Shown: positions 41,104 to 51,510 of the stretch, one piece after another
Layout of the letters: each line of letters opens with the position of its first letter
Numbering within the stretch: position 1 is the stretch's first letter
From: Alphaproteobacteria bacterium
Lineage (GTDB): Bacteria; Pseudomonadota; Alphaproteobacteria; MPNO01; UBA830
Length of the DNA stretch: 64,000 nt
Assembly: GCA_965243135.1 (NCBI GenBank)
Contig: OZ251539.1
Coordinates: 2,689,812-2,753,811, forward strand
Direction: 5' to 3'
Notes under the pieces: generated by a model
What the model saw: only the letters and a program-made list of their open reading frames with translations
Told to the model about the DNA's origin: nothing
Database searches by the model: none
Program-made: the position numbers and the translations under genes

Positions 41104-41323
41104 TTCAATGCGCGCCGTTCGAACCCGGAAAGGTTATGTCGCGCGCGGCGCAAGGTTCGGGTGCACCGCACTCAGAGTCGCATGCTGCCGGGCGGACATG
41201 CTTTCGTACTGACTTCAATGCGCGCCGTTCGAACCCGGAAAGGTTATGTCGCGCGCGGCGCAAGGTTCGGGTGCACCGCACTCAGAGTCGCATGCTGCCG
41301 GGCGGACATGCTTTCGTACTGAC
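41104..41323 (+). repeat. Perfect tandem direct repeat, 110 bp x 2
   Basis: 41104-41213 is identical to 41214-41323. Each unit carries GGAAAGG followed by ATG and a 26-codon ORF ending in TGA at the unit boundary. Confidence 0.9.
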
Positions 41324-41535
41324 GGTCGGCCGTCCGCACGGCCCTCGCGGACTTGTCGGCGGACGGAGTGCCGGTCGCCGAGCGGACGGCAAAGAATCGG
41401 CGCGGCGCGAACGCTTCTCGCTTCGGCGGCGACGGTCTTTTCCATGTCGTGATATCGAGCGAATCGTCGGCAGCGATTCTTCCGGCGGGTCTCGGGTAAG
41501 AATCCCAACTCCGCGGCCGAGCGTTTTCGCGGGTC

Positions 41536-42545
41536 CGCCCGCTTCAGCGGCGCTTGTCGAAAAACGCGAAAAGTTCCTCGGAGGTCCGACTGACGGCGAC
41601 GTGGGCCGTCGCTTCCTGAAACCGTTCGGGGTCGACGATGCCGTCGAGCATGGATTTCAAGCGTTCTCCCGCTTCGTCGCCGAACCGTTCGGCCGCAAGC
41701 CTGGCCATGAGTTCGCGGTTCAAAGCCATGGACGCCTCGGCCCTTGCGTCGGACGCCTCGGCTCTTGCGTCGAACGCCTCGGCCCTTTCCACGGCCGCGT
41801 CGGCTCTTGCGTCGGCCGCAAGCGCCCTTTCCACGGCCGCATCGTAATGTTGAGCGAATCCGGTCATCGATCCTTCAAGTGCAGTCTCTGGCAAGAAGTT
41901 CCACGGCCCCAAAATCGCCCGCTTCAGCGGCGCTTGTCGAAAAACGCGAAAAGTTCATCGGAGGTCAGACTGTCGGCGACATGCGCCGTCGCTTCCTGAA
42001 ATCGTTCGGGGTCGACGATGCCGTCGAGCATGGATTTCAAGCGTTCTCCCGCTTCGGCGCCGAACCTTTCGGCCGCAAGCTTGGCCACGAGTTCGCGGCT
42101 CAAAGCCACGGCCGCGTCGGCCCTCGCGTCGGACGCAAGCGCCCTTTCCACGGCCGCATCGTAATGTTGAGCGAATCCGGTCATCGATCCTTCAAGTGCA
42201 GTCTCTGGCAAGAAGTTCCACGGCCCCAAAATCGCCCGCTTCAGCGGCGCTTGTCGAAAAACGCGAAAAGTTCATCGGAGGTCAGACTGTCGGCGACATG
42301 CGCCGTCGCTTCCTGAAATCGTTCGGGGTCGACGATGCCGTCGAGCACGGATTTCAAGCGTTCTCCCGCTTCGGTGCCGAACCTTTCGGCCGCTAGCTTG
42401 GCCACGAGTTCGCGGTTCAAAGCCATGGACGCCTCGGCCCTCGCGTCGGACGCCTCGGCCCTCGCGTCGGACGCAAGTGCCCTTTCCACGGCCGCATCGT
42501 AATGTTGAGCGAATCCGGTCATCAGTATCGATCCTTCAAGTGCAG
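41536..42545. repeat. Three tandem ~310-380 bp repeat units, each encoding (on the minus strand) a DUF4351-like C-terminal segment, with an internal 21-bp microrepeat (DARAEAS) of variable copy number
   Basis: Units start near 41536, 41917 and 42224 (CCGCCCGCTTCAGCGGCGCTTGTCGAAAAACGCGAAAAGTTC...). The third unit is the 3' end of the ankyrin-Rpn gene. Confidence 0.85.
41544..42229 (-). other. Two orphan, out-of-frame copies of the C-terminal DUF4351-like segment (silent cassettes or duplication remnants)
   Basis: ORFs 41924-42229 and 41544-41912 translate to ...ETALEGSMTGFAQHYDAAVERALA...ERLKSMLDGIVDPERFQEATAHVA..ELFAFFDKRR, closely matching the C-terminus of the upstream gene but lacking ATG/RBS. 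Confidence 0.6.
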
Positions 42546-43740
42546 TCTCAGGGAACCATTCTGACCCGAGCGCCGTCATTGTCAACAGAAGATGGCGCAA
42601 CGGTTCGTCCACCGGCAGAAGCCTGTCAAGCTCCTCGCAGGCGCGCAACGTGTCGGCGGGGTCGCCTTGATGCAGCCGGAAATAAGCCGCCGCGGGATTG
42701 TCTTGGTACGCGGAATAGTCCATCCGTTGGACGTCGTGCACCACATACCGCGCCGGCGTTCTGTAGGGCTCGAGGAAGGCATGCTTCGGCGGAGCTATCA
42801 GCCTTTCCGCGTCGTCGGCTGCATTCCAGGCGTCGGCTCCCGTGTGGACGACGACCGGAACGGTGAACGGAACCCGGTCGTCGGCATCCAGGAGATCCTT
42901 GTGGTTCCGTCGGATGGTTCTTGTGAGTTCGATCCGGTAGGACGCCATCCGTTCCGCCATAGCGCGGTCGACAGCGGATTGGAACTCGACGATGAAGGAA
43001 AGCGGCTCTGAGTCCTGCGGTTCGAGGACCAAGATCATATCGCTGCGGAGGGCACGGCTGAGCGAGTGGGACACGAGTTCCCCGTCGATGCGTCGAATGG
43101 CCGCGTCTTCCGGCACCAGATCGGCCGGCAGGACAGTCCGCAGCAGGCCCCGCGCCATTACGGGATACCCGAAAACGAACCGGGCTATCGCGTCGTGCGG
43201 ATAACGTCCCGGCCTGCCCAGCATCCGCAGCGGGGTCCGGTCTCGCGGGTCCTTGAGAGCAGGGTTCCCGCCGCATCCGACCAAAGCGACGAACGCGGCG
43301 TAGTTCTCGTTGCGGGCGGCGTAGTGAAGCGGCGAGAACCCCCGATTGTCCGCGGCGTCGAGACCGGCGCCCGCCGCGGCCAGAGCCTCGATGGCGGCCG
43401 CATTCCCGTCGCGGGCAGCGTAGTGAAGCGCCGTTCGCCCGTTCCGGTCCCCGGCGTCGAGGCCGGCGCCCGCCGCGGCCAGAGCCTCGATGGCGGCCGC
43501 GTTCCCGTAGCGAGCGGCGTAGTGAAGCGCCGTTCGCCCGTTCCGGTCCCCGGCGTCGAGGCCGGCGCCCGCCGCGGCCAAGGAAGCGATGTGCGCCGCG
43601 CCCTTTTTCGGGACCCTGGCGGCGTAATGGAGAAGGGTCCGGCCCTTTCGGTCTTTCGGGTTGTTGTGCCGACGGAACAATTCGACGATGAATTCTGGGG
43701 ACCCCGTCCTGACGGCGGCGGCGAGCTGTCGTTTCTTCAT
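42241..43740 (-). CDS. Ankyrin-repeat protein fused to an Rpn-family (YhgA-like, PD-(D/E)XK) recombination-promoting nuclease with C-terminal DUF4351
   Basis: ATG at 43740 with GGGA RBS. Four ankyrin repeats (GRTALHYAAR.GNAAAIEALAAAGAGLDA); nuclease core ...FIVEFQSAVDRAMAERMASY...; C-terminal DUF4351-like helix bundle. Confidence 0.6.
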   Translation of the reverse strand: MKKRQLAAAVRTGSPEFIVELFRRHNNPKDRKGRTLLHYAARVPKKGAAHIASLAAAGAGLDAGDRNGRTALHYAARYGNAAAIEALAAAGAGLDAGDRNGRTALHYAARDGNAAAIEALAAAGAGLDAADNRGFSPLHYAARNENYAAFVALVGCGGNPALKDPRDRTPLRMLGRPGRYPHDAIARFVFGYPVMARGLLRTVLPADLVPEDAAIRRIDGELVSHSLSRALRSDMILVLEPQDSEPLSFIVEFQSAVDRAMAERMASYRIELTRTIRRNHKDLLDADDRVPFTVPVVVHTGADAWNAADDAERLIAPPKHAFLEPYRTPARYVVHDVQRMDYSAYQDNPAAAYFRLHQGDPADTLRACEELDRLLPVDEPLRHLLLTMTALGSEWFPETALEGSILMTGFAQHYDAAVERALASDARAEASDARAEASMALNRELVAKLAAERFGTEAGERLKSVLDGIVDPERFQEATAHVADSLTSDELFAFFDKRR

Positions 43741-44243
43741 TCTTCCGATCCCTGCTTGCGACTGTCGTGCGCTCAATGTTTCCGAACTCCGTTTCCGCCC
43801 CTGAGAAGCGGACCGCGGACCGCCGCCGAGGCGCGGCCCGCAGGCTTCGTCGCAGCCGAACGCCGGACATCGTCCGTCCGGCAAGGCTGCGGCTGCGTTC
43901 GCCTTAATGCCATGAAACGGCGGAACCGTCAAGGGGGAAATTCGCCGACGAAGCATCGAGGGTTCGGCGGCGCCGGAAGACGCGTTCCGGCATTCCCGGC
44001 GGTTCCGACGACGACGGATTCTTTCGAAGCGCGCTGGCGTCCCGCGAAAATCCCGCGTTCCCGCCGTTCGGGTCGTCTCCGCTCGCCCTTCGGAGACGCT
44101 TGCCTGGACGCCGCGCAGCCGGCCTGAACCGGAAAGATCGTCCGGCGCCCTGACGCCGCGACCGCGTTCCGCAGGCTTGACAGCCGTTTCCAGGGGGCGT
44201 AAACGTCGGGCCGACGAGGGCCCAATTTTTCGAGATCCGCAAG

Positions 44244-44534
44244 ATGTCCAGACGCTGCTCGATGACGGGAAAAGGCGTGATGACCGGCAACAATGTCAGT
44301 CACGCGCACAACAAGACGCGCCGGCGCTTTCTGCCCAACCTCCAGAACACGTCGCTCCTGTCCGATGCGCTCGGCCGCGTGGTCAGGCTCAAGCTTTCCG
44401 TGCGCGCCATTCGCGCGATCGAGCACAAGGGGGGACTCGACGCCTATCTTCTGGCGACGCCCGACAGGCGGCTGCCGGAGGAGGCTCGCGCTCTGAAGCG
44501 CAAGATAAGGAAGGCGTCGGCAGTCGCCGGCTGA
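44244..44534 (+). CDS. rpmB: 50S ribosomal protein L28
   Basis: [34 protein letters not shown]... is a canonical L28. Confidence 0.9.
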   Translation: MSRRCSMTGKGVMTGNNVSHAHNKTRRRFLPNLQNTSLLSDALGRVVRLKLSVRAIRAIEHKGGLDAYLLATPDRRLPEEARALKRKIRKASAVAG

Positions 44535-44564
44535 GGGTTCGCCGCTCCACCCGAAGAAACGGCC

Positions 44565-44601
44565 GCCGGAACTCCGCGCGCAGCGCCTCCGGCTTTTCAG
44601 G
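44565..44601. terminator. Putative bidirectional Rho-independent terminator between convergent rpmB and cobT
   Basis: GCCGGA(44565-70)...TCCGGC(44588-93) inverted repeat followed by TTTTCAGG. The loop is long, so the call is weak. Confidence 0.3.
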
Positions 44602-44618
44602 AACGCTTGGGCAGCGCC

Positions 44619-46472
44619 CTACGCGGCGCGCCGCCGCCGGCGCAGCGTTTCCGCTTCCTCGTCGAATAGTTCCGCAAGGCTGTCGAGCATCGTGCCGCCG
44701 AGTTGCTCGGCATCCACGATCGTCACGGCGCGGGTGTAGTAACGGGTGACGTCATGGCCGATGCCGATCGCCGTAAGCTCCGCTTCGGGACGTTCCTCGA
44801 TCATGGCGATCACGTCCCTCAGGTGCTTTTCGAGATAGGTCCCGGAATTGACCGACAGCGTGGAATCGTCGACCGGCGCGCCGTCCGAAATCACCATCAG
44901 GATCTTTCGCTGTTCCGCGCGCGCCAGCAGGCGTCCGTGGGCCCACAGCAGAGCTTCGCCGTCGATGTTTTCCTTGAGCAAGCCTTCGCGCAGCATCAGG
45001 CCGAGCGACTTGCGCGCCCGGCGCCACGGCGCGTCGGCCGCCTTGTAGACGATGTGGCGCAGGTCGTTGAGCCGTCCGGGATTGGCCGGCTTGCCGTCGG
45101 CGAGCCAGCGCTCCCGCGCCTGTCCGCCTTTCCACGCCCGAGTCGTGAAGCCGAGAATCTCCACCTTGACGCCGCAACGTTCCAGCGTGCGCGCGAGGAT
45201 GTCGGCGCTCATGGCGGCGACCGTGATCGGGCGGCCGCGCATCGACCCCGAATTGTCGATCAGCAGGCTTACGACGGTATCGCGAAACTCCGTTTGCTTT
45301 TCGACCTTGTAGGAAAGAGGGTGAAGCGGATTCGTGATCACTCGGGACAACCTTCCCGCGTCGAGCAGCCCTTCCTCCAGGTCGAACTGCCATGAGCGCG
45401 ATTGCTGGGCGAGAAGCCGGCGTTGCAACCGGTTGGCGAGGCGTCCGATGACGCCTTGCAAGCTGGAGAGCTGTTGGTCGAGATGATTGCGCAGCCGGGT
45501 CAATTCGTCCGGATCGCAAAGGTCTTCCGCGCCGACGACCTCGTCGAAATCGACGAGGTAGGGACGGTACGGCGGTTGGCGCGGCTGGTCGGAAAGGCCG
45601 TCCGGACGGCGTTGACGCTCCGACCGGTCGCCGTCCTCGTCGCCGGTGCCGGGCATCATTTCCTCCTGCCCTTGCTCCGACATCGATTCGTCGCCTTCCT
45701 CCGCGTCCGCATCCTCCATGTCGGCGCTTTCCGATCCGGCCATCTCGGCGGAAACGCCTTCCGAGTCGTCCGCTTCCGAATCCTCGGAGTCCTGGTCTTC
45801 GGCGCGCTCGCCTTCTTCTCCCTCTTCCCGTTCGGTCGCTTCGGCGTCCTCGTCGATGAGGTCGAGGTCCGCGAGAAGCTCGTTCAGCGCGTCGGCGTAG
45901 GCCTGCTGGTCGGCGACGGCATCGCAGAGCCGTTCGAAACCGAGGTCGATCTTGTCCGTGATCCAGTCGCGCCATAGCCCGACGAGCTGCCGTCCGCCGT
46001 CGGGCAGTTCTTCGCCGGTGAGCGCTTCCCGCACCATCAGACCGAGAGCCTCCGACAGGGGCGCGTCCTCGCGCACGTTGACTCGCGTGTAGCCGAAGGC
46101 GTCGCATCGATCCTCGAGCGCCGTTCGCAGGTTTTCGGCGACGCCTGCCATCATGCGCGCTCCGAGCGCTTCCACGCGGACGCGTTCGAGGGATTCGAAG
46201 ACGTTGCGCGCGTTTTCGCTCCTCGGCGCGCGGGTCGCATGGAGATCTTCGTCGTGATATCTGAGGCGCAAGGCCATGGCGTCGGCTTCGCCGCGCAGGG
46301 AAGCTTTCTCGCGGTCCGTGAAGTCGCGCGACGGCATCGGAAGGCGCGCCTGGTTGTCGATCAGCCGGGCCTCCGAACCGTAGGCAAGCGTGACATCCTC
46401 CCGGCCGGCGATGGCGCGCATGGCCGCCGCGGTCACGCGGCGGAATTCCTCGGCGGGCTGATTGTCGCTCAT
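44619..46472 (-). CDS. cobT: Aerobic cobaltochelatase subunit CobT
   Basis: 617 aa with the characteristic acidic D/E-rich insert and C-terminal vWA domain (DNSGSMRG). Confidence 0.9.
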   Translation of the reverse strand: MSDNQPAEEFRRVTAAAMRAIAGREDVTLAYGSEARLIDNQARLPMPSRDFTDREKASLRGEADAMALRLRYHDEDLHATRAPRSENARNVFESLERVRVEALGARMMAGVAENLRTALEDRCDAFGYTRVNVREDAPLSEALGLMVREALTGEELPDGGRQLVGLWRDWITDKIDLGFERLCDAVADQQAYADALNELLADLDLIDEDAEATEREEGEEGERAEDQDSEDSEADDSEGVSAEMAGSESADMEDADAEEGDESMSEQGQEEMMPGTGDEDGDRSERQRRPDGLSDQPRQPPYRPYLVDFDEVVGAEDLCDPDELTRLRNHLDQQLSSLQGVIGRLANRLQRRLLAQQSRSWQFDLEEGLLDAGRLSRVITNPLHPLSYKVEKQTEFRDTVVSLLIDNSGSMRGRPITVAAMSADILARTLERCGVKVEILGFTTRAWKGGQARERWLADGKPANPGRLNDLRHIVYKAADAPWRRARKSLGLMLREGLLKENIDGEALLWAHGRLLARAEQRKILMVISDGAPVDDSTLSVNSGTYLEKHLRDVIAMIEERPEAELTAIGIGHDVTRYYTRAVTIVDAEQLGGTMLDSLAELFDEEAETLRRRRRAA

Positions 46473-46479
46473 CCGGTGT

Positions 46480-47478
46480 TCAGGCCGCCGTCTGCACCTG
46501 CTTCAGTTCGGGAAGATCTTCGCCGAAGCAACGCTGATAGTATTCGGCGACCGTCGCCCGTTCGAGCTCGTCGCACTTGTTCAGGAACGTCATTCGGAAT
46601 CCGGTCGCGATGTCTCCGAAGATGTCGGTGTTCTCCGCCCAGGTGATCACCGTCCGGGGCGACATGACCGTCGAAATGTCCCCGGCCATGAAGCCCGCCC
46701 GCGAGAGGTCGGCGACCCGCACCATCGAATCGATCATCCTGCGGCCGTTCTCGTCGTCGAACTGCGGCGTCTTGGACAGCACGATCGCAACCTCCTCCTC
46801 GTGCGGGAGGTAGTTCAGCGTCGTCACCAGGTTCCAGCGGTCGAGTTGCCCCTGATTGATCTGTTGGGTGCCGTGGTAAAGGCCGGTCGTATCGCCCAGC
46901 CCGACGGTGTTCGCGGTCGCGAGCAGCCGGAAGGCGGGATGCGGCCGCAGGACCCTGTTCTGGTCGAGCAGCGTCATCCTGCCGTCGGTTTCGAGGACGC
47001 GCTGGATGACGAACATCACGTCCGGGCGTCCGGCGTCGTATTCGTCGAAGACCAGCGCGACGGGATGCTGCAGCGCCCAGGGAAGTATTCCGTCGCGGAA
47101 TTCGGTTACCTGCTTGCCGTCGCGGATCACGATCGCATCCTTGCCGATCAGGTCGATCCGGCTGATGTGGCTGTCGAGATTGACGCGCACGCAGGGCCAG
47201 TTGAGTCGGGCCGCCACCTGTTCGATATGGGTCGATTTTCCGGTGCCGTGATAGCCCTGTATCAGCAGCCGCCGATTGTGGGCGAAGGCGACGAGGATCG
47301 CCAGCGTCGTATCGCGATCGAAGCAATAGGTCGGGTCCATGTCCGGAACGTATTCCGTCGCCCGCCGGAAAGCGGGCACCTCCATGTCCATGTCGATGTC
47401 GAAGACCCTGCGCGCGGATACGGTCTTATCCGGCCTGTCGATTTCGCTGATGTCAGCACTCTGTTTTGCGGAAGCCAT
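46480..47478 (-). CDS. cobS: Aerobic cobaltochelatase subunit CobS
   Basis: 332-aa AAA+ ATPase (GYHGTGKST) immediately upstream of cobT. Confidence 0.9.
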   Translation of the reverse strand: MASAKQSADISEIDRPDKTVSARRVFDIDMDMEVPAFRRATEYVPDMDPTYCFDRDTTLAILVAFAHNRRLLIQGYHGTGKSTHIEQVAARLNWPCVRVNLDSHISRIDLIGKDAIVIRDGKQVTEFRDGILPWALQHPVALVFDEYDAGRPDVMFVIQRVLETDGRMTLLDQNRVLRPHPAFRLLATANTVGLGDTTGLYHGTQQINQGQLDRWNLVTTLNYLPHEEEVAIVLSKTPQFDDENGRRMIDSMVRVADLSRAGFMAGDISTVMSPRTVITWAENTDIFGDIATGFRMTFLNKCDELERATVAEYYQRCFGEDLPELKQVQTAA

Positions 47479-47516
47479 TCTGTTCCCCGAACGAAGACGC
47501 GGAGGAGCGCGCCGCG

Positions 47517-48018
47517 CTATCGGCTGCCGTTCCTCAAAGTCGCATAGGCGCGATTGACGGACTTTAACCGTTCTTCGGCCCTCTTGTCGCCCCCGTTCGC
47601 GTCGGGGTGCAGTTTTTTGGCGAGAAGCCTATAGCGCCGGCTGACTTCGCCGCGGTCGACCGGCGGTTCGAGGCCCAGCGTCGCGAGCGCCCGGCGCTCG
47701 GCATCGGGCGTCGCGGCGGGAGGCGCGTCCCGGCCGAGCGCGTCGAACGGGTCCCGGAACGGTTCGAAGCGCGGCGGGCGGTCGCCGAGCGGCCATGTCG
47801 GGCGGTTCCAGACGGTATCGTCCTTGATTTGGGCTTCCACCGCATGGCGATCCATGCCCGCGCAGTAGTCCCATGCGGCGTTGTATTCGCGAACGTGCTT
47901 CAGGCAGAAGCTATGGAATTCGCCCGGTCGCCGCGGCGAAACGGGCGCGCGAAATTTTCCGGCGTCGCCGCAGTCGGGATGGTCGCACGGGCCGTCCTCG
48001 TCTCGCATGTCGCTTCGC
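47517..48018 (-). CDS. J-domain (DnaJ-like) protein with N-terminal Cys-rich region
   Basis: C-terminal J domain with HPD ([15 protein letters not shown]); ~167 aa from ATG at 48018. Longer ORF-track extension rejected. Confidence 0.7.
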
Positions 48019-48501
48019 ATAACCGGCGGAGTATGGAGGCTGCGCCCGCGGCCCGCAAGGAGCCGCGGATCATCTCGCGGACGCGGAACGAGACGAGCCG
48101 ACGGCAGCTCGCCGGCGCCTCCGGGACCGGTTCGCCGGAGCGCGTCGCCGCGCCGTTCGGCCGGCAGCCGAAGGAACCGGGCGGCCGAACGCTCCTTCGG
48201 CGCGGCGAGCGGAAGCACGGCGCCAGCCCTGGCCGGCGAATCGTCCAGGACGACAAGACGATCTCGCCGCCGGGCCGCGCGGCGGTTTCGACCGGGAAAT
48301 CCGCCGTTTTCCACGCGCGACAGAGGACGTTCCCGGCCTGCGAAAGCCGTCTTCGGGAGCTTGTGAACGGCAAAGGGCCCCGAACCCGTTGAGGCGAAGA
48401 AGTTCGCATCGTATGATCTCCCGCCGACGAACGGCAGGCGTCGCCGGTCAATCCGCGCGAACGGGAACCTGCGGTCAACGGATTTTCGCTGCGGAGCGCG
48501 A

Positions 48502-48768
48502 ATGACGGTAGCCGAAACCATAAGGAAAAAACTGACGGGGGCCTTCGCGCCGACCCGGCTCGAAATCGTCGACGAATCGCACATGCATGCCGGACATGCG
48601 GGCGCGCGTCCCGAGGGGGAGACTCATTTCCGCGTCGAAATCGCGTCCGAGGCGTTCCGGGGCCGATCGCGCATCGATCGTCAGCGCATGATTCACGACG
48701 TTCTCGGCGAAGAACTGGCCGGTCCCGTTCACGCGCTCTCGGTGTCGGCGGCGCCGCCGGAGACCTGA
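48502..48768 (+). CDS. bolA: BolA family transcriptional regulator
   Basis: 88 aa with the BolA helix-turn-helix signature (LEIVDESHMHAGH...FRVEIAS..F.G.SRIDRQRMIHDVL). Confidence 0.8.
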   Translation: MTVAETIRKKLTGAFAPTRLEIVDESHMHAGHAGARPEGETHFRVEIASEAFRGRSRIDRQRMIHDVLGEELAGPVHALSVSAAPPET

Positions 48769-49102
48769 ACGTCCGCGACCGTCAGGGGCGGCCCCGCGAC
48801 GGGCGCTTCCGGCCGATGCCTTCCAGTTTTCGGAACGAGGGAAGCAGCGCCGGACGCCGCGCGTGGGGCTCGCCACGGCCTCCGCTGCCCGCACGACGAA
48901 GTCGCCGGCGAGGCGCAGCCGCATGCCGCGCAGCGGTTCGCCCGGCTTCGCCTCGCCCCGAAGTCGTCGAGGAACGGCTTCACGTCCGCAAGGCGGCCGG
49001 CGCGTCCCGGAGTCCGTCCGCGCGCCGGAAACTGCAGCGCCCCATGGCGCGGGCCGGCTTTCGCTCCGGTTCGGAGAGGGACATTCGCGATTTCCCGTTT
49101 CG

Positions 49103-50386
49103 TCATGCGCCGCCGGGCGCGCCGTCGCCGGTCTTCATCGGCTTCATCCGGATCTGCGTGATCCGGTTGCGCTGGCGCCTGACGATTTCCAGCCGGAAGC
49201 CGTGAAAATGGAAGATTTGCCCGGCCTGGGGGATGATCCGCGCTTCGTGGATCACCAGGCCGGCGATGGTCGCGGCCTCCTGATCCGGGAGGTTCCAGCC
49301 GAAGCGGCGGTTGAGGTCGCGCACCGTGACGCCGCCCGAAACCAGGCAGCTTCCGTCGCGCTGGGGGCGGACGCCCACCGGCGCGACGTCGTGCTCGTCG
49401 GAGATCTCGCCGACGATTTCCTCCAGGATGTCTTCGAGCGTCACCACGCCCATGAGGGCCCCGTATTCGTCGACCACCAGCGCGAAATGCTCGCGCCGCT
49501 GCCGGAACGCCTGCAGCTGGTCCAGCAGGTTCGTCGAATCGGGAACGAACCATGGCGGCGTCAGGATGCTCTCGACTTCGATGTCGCCGGCTTCGCCCGA
49601 ACGGGCGTGGAGCTCCCGCAGCAGCGCCTTGGCGTGCAGGACGCCGGCTATGTTGTCGGGAGAGTCCCGCCACAGCGGGATCCTGGTGAACTGACTCTCG
49701 AGCGCCCGTTCGACGATCGCGCCGGCCGGCTGCGACGCGTCGATCATGAAGACGTCGCGGCGGTGTTGCATGATCATGCTGACGTCGACGTCCCGCAGGT
49801 CCAGAACGCTGTGGAGCATCGCCGTGACGCCGCTCGCCGGATGCAGTTCGATCGCGCCCCTGAGCTCCTCCAGCGTCGCGTTCATGTCGCGGCCCTCCGC
49901 GCGCCGGACCCCCAGCAGGAATTCGCAGGCGCGAAGCGCCCACTGTATCGCCGACATCACGGGGGTCAGCACCCGGACCAGCATCCGGAAGGTCGGGGCG
50001 ACGAGCAACGCGACCCTGTCGGGGTTGCGGAACGCGTAGGTCTTGGGCAGCAGTTCGCCGAATATCAGCACGAGCAGCGTCATTGACAGGGTCGCGTAGA
50101 CGACGCCGGTTTCTCCGGCCACGCCGATAAGGAGGCTGGTCGCGAGCGCCGAGGCGAGGATGTTGACGAGGTTGTTGCCGAGAAGAATGGCGCCGATCAT
50201 TCGGTCCTGTTCTTCCCGCAGCCGGTTCACCAGCCGCGCCCTCCGGTCGCCTTTCACCTCGAGTTGATGCATGCGCGGCCGCGACGCCGCGGTCAGCGCA
50301 GTCTCGGATCCCGAAAAGAAGGCGGAGAGAACGAGCAGCACCAGGATGCCGGCGAGGGTCGCGAGCAGGGGGTAATCCGTCAACGC
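49103..50386 (-). CDS. HlyC/CorC family transporter (DUF21-CBS pair-CorC_HlyC)
   Basis: TTG at 50386 with GGGAAA RBS. DUF21 TMS region (ALTAASRPRM), two CBS domains, and a C-terminal CorC domain. Confidence 0.8.
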   Translation of the reverse strand, partial: ALTDYPLLATLAGILVLLVLSAFFSGSETALTAASRPRMHQLEVKGDRRARLVNRLREEQDRMIGAILLGNNLVNILASALATSLLIGVAGETGVVYATLSMTLLVLIFGELLPKTYAFRNPDRVALLVAPTFRMLVRVLTPVMSAIQWALRACEFLLGVRRAEGRDMNATLEELRGAIELHPASGVTAMLHSVLDLRDVDVSMIMQHRRDVFMIDASQPAGAIVERALESQFTRIPLWRDSPDNIAGVLHAKALLRELHARSGEAGDIEVESILTPPWFVPDSTNLLDQLQAFRQRREHFALVVDEYGALMGVVTLEDILEEIVGEISDEHDVAPVGVRPQRDGSCLVSGGVTVRDLNRRFGWNLPDQEAATIAGLVIHEARIIPQAGQIFHFHGFRLEIVRRQRNRITQIRMKPMKTGDGAPGGA

Positions 50387-51510
50387 AGGTTTCCCGCGTT
50401 CGGGAGGGCGGCCTCGATCGCGCGCCGGACGGCCTCCGGGTCGGCCTGGGGGGCGACGAAGGCGTCGCCTACGGCACGCGCCAGGACGAAGGCGATCCGC
50501 CCGTCCCGGACTTTCTTGTCCCGGCTCATGCGCCGGATGAGCGCATCGGGGTCGCAGCGGCGGCCCGCCGGCAGGGCGACGGGCAATCCGACCGTCTCGA
50601 AATGCCGGCGGACGCGGGCCACTTCGGCGTACGCGCACAGGCCGAGCGCCGCCGAGAGCTCGAAAGCCATGACCATGCCGACGGCGACCGCCTCGCCGTG
50701 GAGCATCCGGTACCCGGATTCCGCTTCGATGGCGTGGCCGAAGGTATGGCCGAAGTTCAGGAGCGTTCGCGCGCCCGCTTCGCGTTCGTCCCTTCCGACG
50801 ACGTCCGCCTTCACGGCGCAGCTGGCGCGGACGGCATGGCGGCGCGCCGGGCCGTTCTCGGCGACGACCTGGGCGCCGTTGCGTTCGAGCCAGGCGAAGA
50901 ATCCCGGATCGCGGATCAGGCCGTATTTGACCACTTCGGCGTAGCCGGCGAGGAGGTGCGGTCGCGGCAGCGTGTCGAGCATCGCCGTGTCCGCGAGGAC
51001 GAGCCTCGGTTGGTGGAACGCGCCCAGGAGATTCTTGCCGTGGCGCGTATTCACGCCGGTCTTGCCGCCTACCGAACTGTCGACCTGCGACAGCAGGGTC
51101 GTTGGAATCTGGACGAAGTTCAGGCCGCGCAGGATCATGCTGGCGGCGAAACCGGCGATGTCGCCGACGACGCCGCCGCCGAGGGCGATCAGGACCGAGG
51201 AGCGTTCCGGCGCGGAATCGAGCGCCGCGGTCGCGACGCGTTCCACCGTTTCCAGGCTTTTGGTCCGTTCTCCCGGAGGCAGGACTATGGAGGCCGGCCG
51301 GACTCCCGCTTCGGACAACGCCTTCCGGACGCTTTCGAGATGCAGTCCGGCGACCGTTTCGTCGGTGACGATCCAGCACGGGCGCGATCCGGCGAGGTCC
51401 CTGACGCGGGCGGCGCCGCTGCCGCCGGGCGCGGCCACGCCGTCGCCGATGACGATTTCGTAGGACCGTTTCCCGAGTTCGACCCGGAGACTCTCTTCCT
51501 TCCGCTTCAT
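50380..51510 (-). CDS. aroB: 3-dehydroquinate synthase
   Basis: ATG at 51510 (MKRKEESLRVE); motifs GGGVVGDIAGFAA, VDSSVGGKTGVN, HTFGHAIE. Confidence 0.9.
   Translation of the reverse strand: MKRKEESLRVELGKRSYEIVIGDGVAAPGGSGAARVRDLAGSRPCWIVTDETVAGLHLESVRKALSEAGVRPASIVLPPGERTKSLETVERVATAALDSAPERSSVLIALGGGVVGDIAGFAASMILRGLNFVQIPTTLLSQVDSSVGGKTGVNTRHGKNLLGAFHQPRLVLADTAMLDTLPRPHLLAGYAEVVKYGLIRDPGFFAWLERNGAQVVAENGPARRHAVRASCAVKADVVGRDEREAGARTLLNFGHTFGHAIEAESGYRMLHGEAVAVGMVMAFELSAALGLCAYAEVARVRRHFETVGLPVALPAGRRCDPDALIRRMSRDKKVRDGRIAFVLARAVGDAFVAPQADPEAVRRAIEAALPNAGNLR

Noticed and set aside
40977-42316. Plus-strand ORFs (40977-41999, 41744-42316, 42196-42396) across the repeat cassettes
   Set aside because: Antisense of the DUF4351-like cassettes; the minus-strand reading gives conserved protein sequence continuous with the Rpn gene.
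42626-43870. 414-aa minus ORF in an alternate frame of the ankyrin-Rpn gene
   Set aside because: Arg-rich alternate-frame artefact.
44752-46107. 451-aa minus ORF inside cobT
   Set aside because: Alternate frame of cobT.
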